From Eledone cirrhosa (lineage: Eukaryota), in NCBI GenBank assembly GCA_964016885.1, contig CAXHJY010000763.1, positions 35,001-99,000 on the forward strand: a stretch of DNA of 64,000 nt. Direction: 5' to 3'. Below are positions 56,042 through 64,000 of the stretch, one piece after another (the first letter of the stretch is position 1; each line of letters begins with the position of its first letter). Made by a program: the position numbers and the translations under genes. Under the pieces are notes generated by a model that saw only the letters and a program-made list of their open reading frames with translations, was not told where the DNA came from and searched no databases.

Positions 56042-58577
56042 CATCACACCACACACAGCCAATGAGTGTCTCCACATATACCAGTAATTACAGATCGATC
56101 CGACCACGGGCGGCCGGCCCACGATCGAAAAGGTAACTCCGCCGGCAAATTCGCATTTTTGTGATTCGTTTCTTCGAAGCACACCATTCGCTGGTAGACT
56201 TCAGCTTCCGCATTTAGCATGGGCAGCGTTTCTTGAAAATCACACCACACACAGTCAATGAGTGTCTGCACATATACCAGTAATTACAGATCGATCCGAC
56301 CAGAGGCGGCCGGCCCACGATCGAAAAGGTAACTCCGCCGGTAAATAGTCATTTTTGTGATTCGTTTTCTTCGAAGCACACCATTCGCCGCCGGACTTCA
56401 GCTTCCTCATTTAGCATGGGCAGTTTTTCTTGAACATCACACCACACACAGCCAATGAGTGTCTGCACATATACCAGTAATTACAGATCGATCCGACCAC
56501 GGGCGGCCGGCCCACGATCGAAAAGGTAACACCGCCGGCAAATTCGCATTTTTGTGATTCGTTTCTTCGAAGCACACCATTCGTGGTGGACTTCAGCTTC
56601 CGCATTTAGCATGGGCAGCTTTTCTTGAAAATCACACCACACACAGCAGATGTGTGTCTGCACATGGACCAGTAATTACAGATCGATCCGACCATAGGCG
56701 GCCGGCCCACGATCGAAAAGGTAACTCCGCCGGCAAATTCACATTTTTGTGATTCGTTTCTTCGAAGCACACCATTCGCTGGTGGACTTCAGCTTCCGCA
56801 TTTAGCATGGGCAGCTTTTCTTGAAAATCACACCACACACAGCAAATTTGTGTTTGCACATGGACCAGTAATTACAGATCGATCCGACCATAGGCGGCCG
56901 GCCCACGATCGAAAAGGTAACTCCGCCGGCAAATTCGCATTTTTGTGATTCGTTTCTTCGAAGCACACCATTCGCTGGTGGACTTCAGCTTCCGCATTTA
57001 GCATGGGCAGCTTTTCTTGAACATCACACCACACACAGCCAATGAGTGTCTGCACATATACCAGTAATTACAGATCGATCCGACCACGGGCGGCCGGCCC
57101 ACGATCGAAAAGGTAACACCGCCGGCAAATTCGCATTTTTGTGATTCGTTTCTTCGAAGCACACCATTCGCTGGTGGACTTCAGCTTCCTCATTTAGCAT
57201 GGGCAGCTTTTCTTGAACATCACACCACACACAGCCAATGAGTGTCTGCACATATACCAGTAATTACAGATCGATCCGACCACGGGCGGCCAGCCCACGA
57301 TCGAAAAGGTAACTCCGCCGGCAAATTCGCATTTTTGTGATTCGTTTCTTCGAAGCACACCATTCGCTGGTGGACTTCAGCTTCCGCATTTAGCATGGGC
57401 AACTTTTCTTGAAAATCACACCACACACAGCTAATGAGTGTATGCACATATACCAGTAATTACAGATCGATCCGACCACGGGCGGCCGGCCCACGATTGA
57501 AAAGGTAACTCCGCCGGCAAATTCGCATTTTTGTGATTCGTTTCTTCGAAGCACACCATTCGCTGGTGGACTTCAGCTTCCGCATTTAGCATGGGCAGCT
57601 TTTCTTGAACATCACACCACACACAGCCAATGAGTGTCTCCACATATACCAGTAATTACAGATCGATCCGACCACGGGCGGCCGGCCCACGATCGAAAAG
57701 GTAACTCCGCCGGCAAATTCGCATTTTTGTGATTCGTTTCTTCGAAGCACACCATTCGCTGGTAGACTTCAGCTTCCGCATTTAGCATGGGCAGCGTTTC
57801 TTGAAAATCACACCACACACAGTCAATGAGTGTCTGCACATATACCAGTAATTACAGATCGATCCGACCAGAGGCGGCCGGCCCACGATCGAAAAGGTAA
57901 CTCCGCCGGTAAATAGTCATTTTTGTGATTCGTTTTCTTCGAAGCACACCATTCGCCGCCGGACTTCAGCTTCCTCATTTAGCATGGGCAGTTTTTCTTG
58001 AACATCACACCACACACAGCCAATGAGTGTCTGCACATATACCAGTAATTACAGATCGATCCGACCACGGGCGGCCGGCCCACGATCGAAAAGGTAACAC
58101 CGCCGGCAAATTCGCATTTTTGTGATTCGTTTCTTCGAAGCACACCATTCGTGGTGGACTTCAGCTTCCGCATTTAGCATGGGCAGCTTTTCTTGAAAAT
58201 CACACCACACACAGCAGATGTGTGTCTGCACATGGACCAGTAATTACAGATCGATCCGACCATAGGCGGCCGGCCCACGATCGAAAAGGTAACTCCGCCG
58301 GCAAATTCACATTTTTGTGATTCGTTTCTTCGAAGCACACCATTCGCTGGTGGACTTCAGCTTCCGCATTTAGCATGGGCAGCTTTTCTTGAAAATCACA
58401 CCACACACAGCAAATTTGTGTTTGCACATGGACCAGTAATTACAGATCGATCCGACCATAGGCGGCCGGCCCACGATCGAAAAGGTAACTCCGCCGGCAA
58501 ATTCGCATTTTTGTGATTCGTTTCTTCGAAGCACACCATTCGCTGGTGGACTTCAGCTTCCGCATTTAGCATGGGCA
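55551..58577 (+). repeat. Tandem duplication of an 8-monomer block (1568 bp)
   Basis: The private 1-bp deletion CATTCGTGGTGG (~56584/58152), AATTCACATT (56741/58309) and TAACACCG (56531/58099) recur at offset 1568. Confidence 0.88.
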
Positions 58578-61500
58578 ACTTTTCTTGAACATCACACCAC
58601 ACACAGCCAATGAGTGTCTGCACATATACCAGTAATTACAGATCGATCCGACCACGGGCGGCCGGCCCACGATCGAAAAGGTAACTCCGCCGGCAAATTC
58701 GCATTTTTGTGATTCGTTTCTTCGAAGCACACCATTCGCTGGTGGACTTCAGCTTCCGCATTTAGCATGGGCAGCGTTTCTTGAAAATCACACCACACAC
58801 AGTCAATGAGTGTCTGCACATATACCACTAATTACAGATCGATCCGACCACAGGCGGCCGGCCCACGATCGAAAAGGTAACTCCGCCGGTAAATAGTCAT
58901 TTTTGTGATTCGTTTTCTTCGAAGCACACCATTCGCCGCCGGACTTCAGCTTCCTCATTTAGCATGGGCAGTTTTTCTTGAACATCACACCACACACAGC
59001 CAATGAGTGTCTGCACATATACCAGTAATTACAGATCGATCCGACCACGGGCGGCCGGCCCACGATCGAAAAGGTAACTCCGCCGGCAAATTCGCATTTT
59101 TGTGATTCGTTTCTTCGAAGCACACCATTCGCTGGTGGACTTCAGCTTCCTCATTTAGCATGGGCAGCTTTTCTTGAAAATCACACCACACACAGCTAAT
59201 GAGTGTCTGCACATATACCAGTAATTACAGATCGATCCGACCACAGGCGGCCGGCCCACGATCGAAAAGGTAACTCCGCCGGCAAATTCGCATTTTTGTG
59301 ATTCGTTTCTTCGAAGCACACCATTCGTGGGTAGACTTCAGCTTCCGCATTTAGCATGGGCAGCTTTTCTTGAAAATCACACCACACACAGCAAATGTGT
59401 GTCTGCACATGGACCAGTAATTACAGATCGATCCGACCATAGGCGGCCGGCCCACGATCGAAAAGGTAACTCCGCCGGCAAATTCGCATTTTTGTGATTC
59501 GTTTCTTCGAAGCACACCATTCGCTGGTGGACTTCAGCTTCCGCATTTAGCATGGGCAACGTTTCGTGAAAATCACACCACACAGAGCAAATGTGTGTCT
59601 GCACATGGACCAGTAATTACAGATCGATCCGACCACAGGCGGCCGGCCCACGATCGAAAAGGTAACTCCGCCGGTAAATAGTCATTTTTGTGATTCGTTT
59701 TCTTCGAAGCACACCATTCGCCGCCGGACTTCAGCTTCCTCATTTAGCATGGGCAGCTTTTTTTGAAAATCACACCACACACAGTCAATGAGTGTCTGCA
59801 CATATACCAGTAATTACAGATCGATCCGACCACAGGCGGCCGGCCCACGATCGAAAAGGTAACTCCGCCGGCAAATTCGCATTTTTGTGATTCGTTTCTT
59901 CGAAGCACACCATTCGCTGGTGGACTTCAGCTTCCGCATTTAGCATGGGCAGCTGTTCTTGAAAATCACACCACACACAGCAAATGTGTGTCTGCACATG
60001 GACCAGTAATTACAGATCGATCCGACCATAGGCGGCCGGCCCACGATCGAAAAGGTAACTCCGCCGGCAAATTCGCATTTTTGTGATTCGTTTCTTCGAA
60101 GCACACCATTCGCTGGTGGACTTCAGCTTCCGCATTTAGCATGGGCAACTTTTCTTGAAAATCACACCACACACAGGCAATGAGTGTCTGCACATGTACC
60201 AGTAATTACAAATCGATCCGACCACGGGCGGCCGGCCACGATCGAAAAGGTAACTCCGCCGGCAAATTCGCATTTTTGTGATTCGTTTCTTCGAAGCACA
60301 CCATTCGCTGGTGGACTTCAGCTTTCTCATTTAGCATGGGCAGCTTTTCTTGAAAATCACACCACACACAGCCAATGAGTGTCTGCACATATACCAGTAA
60401 TTACAGATCGATCCGACCACGGGCGGCCGGCCCACGATCGAAAAGGTAACTCCGCCGGCAAATTCGCATTTTTGTGATTCGTTTCTTCGAAGCACACCAT
60501 TCGCTGCTGGACTTCAGCTTCCGCATTTAGCATGGGCAGCTTTTCTTGAAAATCACACCACACACAGCTAATGAGTGTCTGCACCTATACCAGTTATTAC
60601 AGATCGATCCGACCACGGGCAGCCGGCCCACGATCGAAAAGGTAACTCCGCCGGCAAATTCGCATTTTTGTGATTCGTTTCTTCGAAGCACACCATTCGC
60701 TGGTGGACTTCAGCTTCCGCATTTAGCATGGGCAACGTTTCGTGAAAATCACACCACACAGAGCAAATGTGTGTCTGCACATGGACCAGTAATTACAGAT
60801 CGATTCGACCACAGGCGGCCGGCCCACGATCGAAAAGGTAACTCCGCCGGCAAATTCGCATTTTTGTGATTCGTTTCTTCGAAGCACACCATTCGTTGGT
60901 GGACTTCAGCTTCCGCATTTAGCATGGGCAACTTTTCTTGAAAATCACACCACACACAGGCAATGAGGGTCTGCACATGTACCAGTAATTACAAATCGAT
61001 CCGACCACGGGCGGCCGGCCAGGATCGAAAAGGTAACTCCGCCGGCAAATTCGCATTTTTGTGATTCGTTTCTTCGAAGCACACCATTCGCTGGTGGACT
61101 TCAGCTTCCTCATTTAGCATGGGCAGCTTTTCTTGAACATCACACCACACACAGCCAATGAGTGTCTGCACATATACCAGTAATTACAGATCGATCCGAC
61201 CACGGGCGGCCAGCCCACGATCGAAAAGGTAACTCCGCCGGCAAATTCGCATTTTTGTGATTCGTTTCTTCGAAGCACACCATTCGCTGGTGGACTTCAG
61301 CTTCCGCATTTAGCATGGGCAACTTTTCTTGAAAATCACACCACACACAGCTAATGAGTGTATGCACATATACCAGTTATTACAGATCGATCCGACCACG
61401 GGCGGCCGGCCCACGATTGAAAAGGTAACTCCGCCGGCAAATTCGCATTTTTGTGATTCGTTTCTTCGAAGCACACCATTCGCTGGTGGACTTCAGCTTC

Positions 61501-64000
61501 CGCATTTAGCATGGGCAGCTTTTCTTGAACATCACACCACACACAGCCAATGAGTGTCTGCACATATACCAGTAATTACAGATCGATCCGACCAGAGGCG
61601 GCCGGCCCACGATCGAAAAGGTAACTCCGCCGGTAAATAGTCATTTTTGTGATTCGTTTTCTTCGAAGCACACCATTCGCCGCCGGACTTCAGCTTCCTC
61701 ATTTAGCATGGGCAGTTTTTCTTGAACATCACACCACACACAGCCAATGAGTGTCTGCACATATACCAGTAATTACAGATCGATCCGACCACGGGCGGCC
61801 GGCCCACGATCGAAAAGGTAACACCGCCGGCAAATTCGCATTTTTGTGATTCGTTTCTTCGAAGCACACCATTCGCTGGTGGACTTCAGCTTCCGCATTT
61901 AGCATGGGCAGCTTTTCTTGAAAATCACACCACACACAGCAGATGTGTGTCTGCACATGGACCAGTAATTACAGATCGATCCGACCATAGGCGGCCGGCC
62001 CACGATCGAAAAGGTAACTCCGCCGGCAAATTCGCATTTTTGTGATTCGTTTCTTCGAAGCACACCATTCGCTGGTGGACTTCAGCTTCCGCATTTAGCA
62101 TGGGCAGCTTTTCTTGAAAATCACACCACACACAGCAAATTTGTGTTTGCACATGGACCAGTAATTACAGATCGATCCGACCATAGGCGGCCGGCCCACG
62201 ATCGAAAAGGTAACTCCGCCGGCAAATTCGCATTTTTGTGATTCGTTTCTTCGAAGCACACCATTCGCTGGTGGACTTCAGCTTCCGCATTTAGCATGGG
62301 CAACTTTTCTTGAACATCACACCACACACAGCCAATGAGTGTCTGCACATATACCAGTAATTACAGATCGATCCGACCACGGGCGGCCGGCCCACGATCG
62401 AAAAGGTAACTCCGCCGGCAAATTCGCATTTTTGTGATTCGTTTCTTCGAAGCACACCATTCGCTGGTGGACTTCAGCTTCCGCATTTAGCATGGGCAAC
62501 TTTTCTTGAAAATCACACCACACACAGGCAATGAGTGTCTGCACATGTACCAGTAATTACAAATCGATCCGACCACGGGCGGCCGGCCACGATCGAAAAG
62601 GTAACTCCGCCGGCAAATTCGCATTTTTGTGATTCGTTTCTTCGAAGCACACCATTCGCTGGTGGAATTCAGCTTCCTCATTTAGCATGGGCAGCTTTTC
62701 TTGAAAATCACACCACACACAGCCAATGAGTGTATGCACATATACCAGTAAGTACAGATCGATCCGACCACGGGCGGCCGGCCCACGATCGAAAAGGTAA
62801 CTCCGCCGGCAAATTCGCATTTTTGTGATTCGTTTCTTCGAAGCACACCATTCGCTGGTGGACTTCAGCTTCCGCATTTAGCATGGGCAGCTTTTCTTGA
62901 ACATCACACCACACACAGCCAATGAGTGTCTCCACATATACCAGTAATTACAGATCGATCCGACCACGGGCGGCCGGCCCACGATCGAAAAGGTAACTCC
63001 GCCGGCAAATTCGCATTTTTGTGATTCGTTTCTTCGAAGGACACCATTCGCTGGTAGACTTCAGCTTCCGCATTTAGCATGGGCAGCGTTTCTTGAAAAT
63101 CACACCACACACAGTCAATGAGTGTCTGCACATATACCACTAATTACAGATCGATCCGACCACGGGCGGCCGGCCCACGATCGAAAAGGTAACTCCGCCG
63201 GCAAATTCGCATTTTTGTGATTCGTTTCTTCGAAGCACACCATTCGCTGGTGGACTTCAGCTTCCTCATTTAGCATGGGCAGCTTTTCTTGAAAATCACA
63301 CCACACACAGCTAATGAGTGTCTGCACATATACCAGTAATTACAGATCGATCCGACCACAGGCGGCCGGCCCACGATCGAAAAGGTAACTCCGCCGGCAA
63401 ATTCGCATTTTTGTGATTCGTTTCTTCGAAGCACACCATTCGTGGGTAGACTTCAGCTTCCGCATTTAGCATGGGCAGCTTTTCTTGAAAATCACACCAC
63501 ACACCGCAAATGTGTGTCTGCACATGGACCAGTAATTACAGATCGATCCGACCATAGGCGGCCGGCCCACGATCGAAAAGGTAACTCCGCCGGCAAATTC
63601 GCATTTTTGTGATTCGTTTCTTCGAAGCACACCATTCGCTGGTGGACTTCAGCTTCCGCATTTAGCATGGGCAACGTTTCGTGAAAATCACACCACACAG
63701 AGCAAATGTGTGTCTGCACATGGACCAGTAATTACAGATCGATCCGACCACAGGCGGCCGGCCCACGATCGAAAAGGTAACTCCGCCGGTAAATAGTCAT
63801 TTTTGTGATTTGTTTTCTTCGAAGCACACCATTCGCCGCCGGACTTCAGCTTCCTCATTTAGCATGGGTAGTTTTTCTTGAAAATCACACCACACACCGG
63901 CAATGAGTGTCTGCACATATACCAGTAATTACAGATCGATCCGACCACAGGCGGCCGGCCCACGATCGAAAAGGTAACTCCGCCGGCAAATTCGCATTTT

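Larger units (their letters stand above)
1..64000. repeat. Tandem satellite DNA array, ~196-bp monomer, 326 full copies plus a partial copy; array continues past both window edges
   Basis: The core CACGATCGAAAAGGTAACTCCGCCGGCAAATTCGCATTTTTGTGATTCGTTTCTTCGAAGCACACCATTCG recurs every 195-197 bp throughout. Monomer starts are at 1, 196, 392, and so on to 63899 (63898 = 326x196+2). No inversion or foreign sequence was seen. Confidence 0.99.

Noticed and set aside
182-63719. Hundreds of 60-78 aa minus-strand ORFs (MQTLIGCVWCDFQEKLPML...) as a tandem small-protein gene family
   Set aside because: There is one per monomer, overlapping neighbours by ~32 nt with no room for promoters. Roughly 30% of monomers frameshift it, most variants change amino acids, and I recognise no domain.
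1-64000. CRISPR array or cassette-type diversity system (conserved core plus variable segment)
   Set aside because: The variable parts are point-mutant versions of one sequence, not unique spacers. The unit is 196 bp, and no cas, integrase or reverse transcriptase gene is present.

Overview
The whole 64-kb window is one uninterrupted, head-to-tail tandem satellite array. It holds 326 complete monomers of about 196 bp plus a 102-bp partial copy (63899-64000), all in the same orientation. I see no transposon insertion, unique sequence or credible gene. The ORF track is a by-product of the repeat. The monomer is 50% GC and rich in CpG and palindromes, and it comes in 195-, 196- and 197-bp classes. 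Diagnostic variants show a roughly 7-monomer higher-order unit, nested in-register block duplications of 8 to 53 monomers, and a symmetric layout: a nearly mutation-free 26.5-kb core (X-Y-Y'-X-Y), bordered by singleton-rich zones, inside two flanks that share a haplotype missing from the core. This resembles a eukaryotic (peri)centromeric or heterochromatic satellite. I cannot identify the organism or satellite family, and centromere function is only an inference. All counts and offsets were read by eye, not computed.
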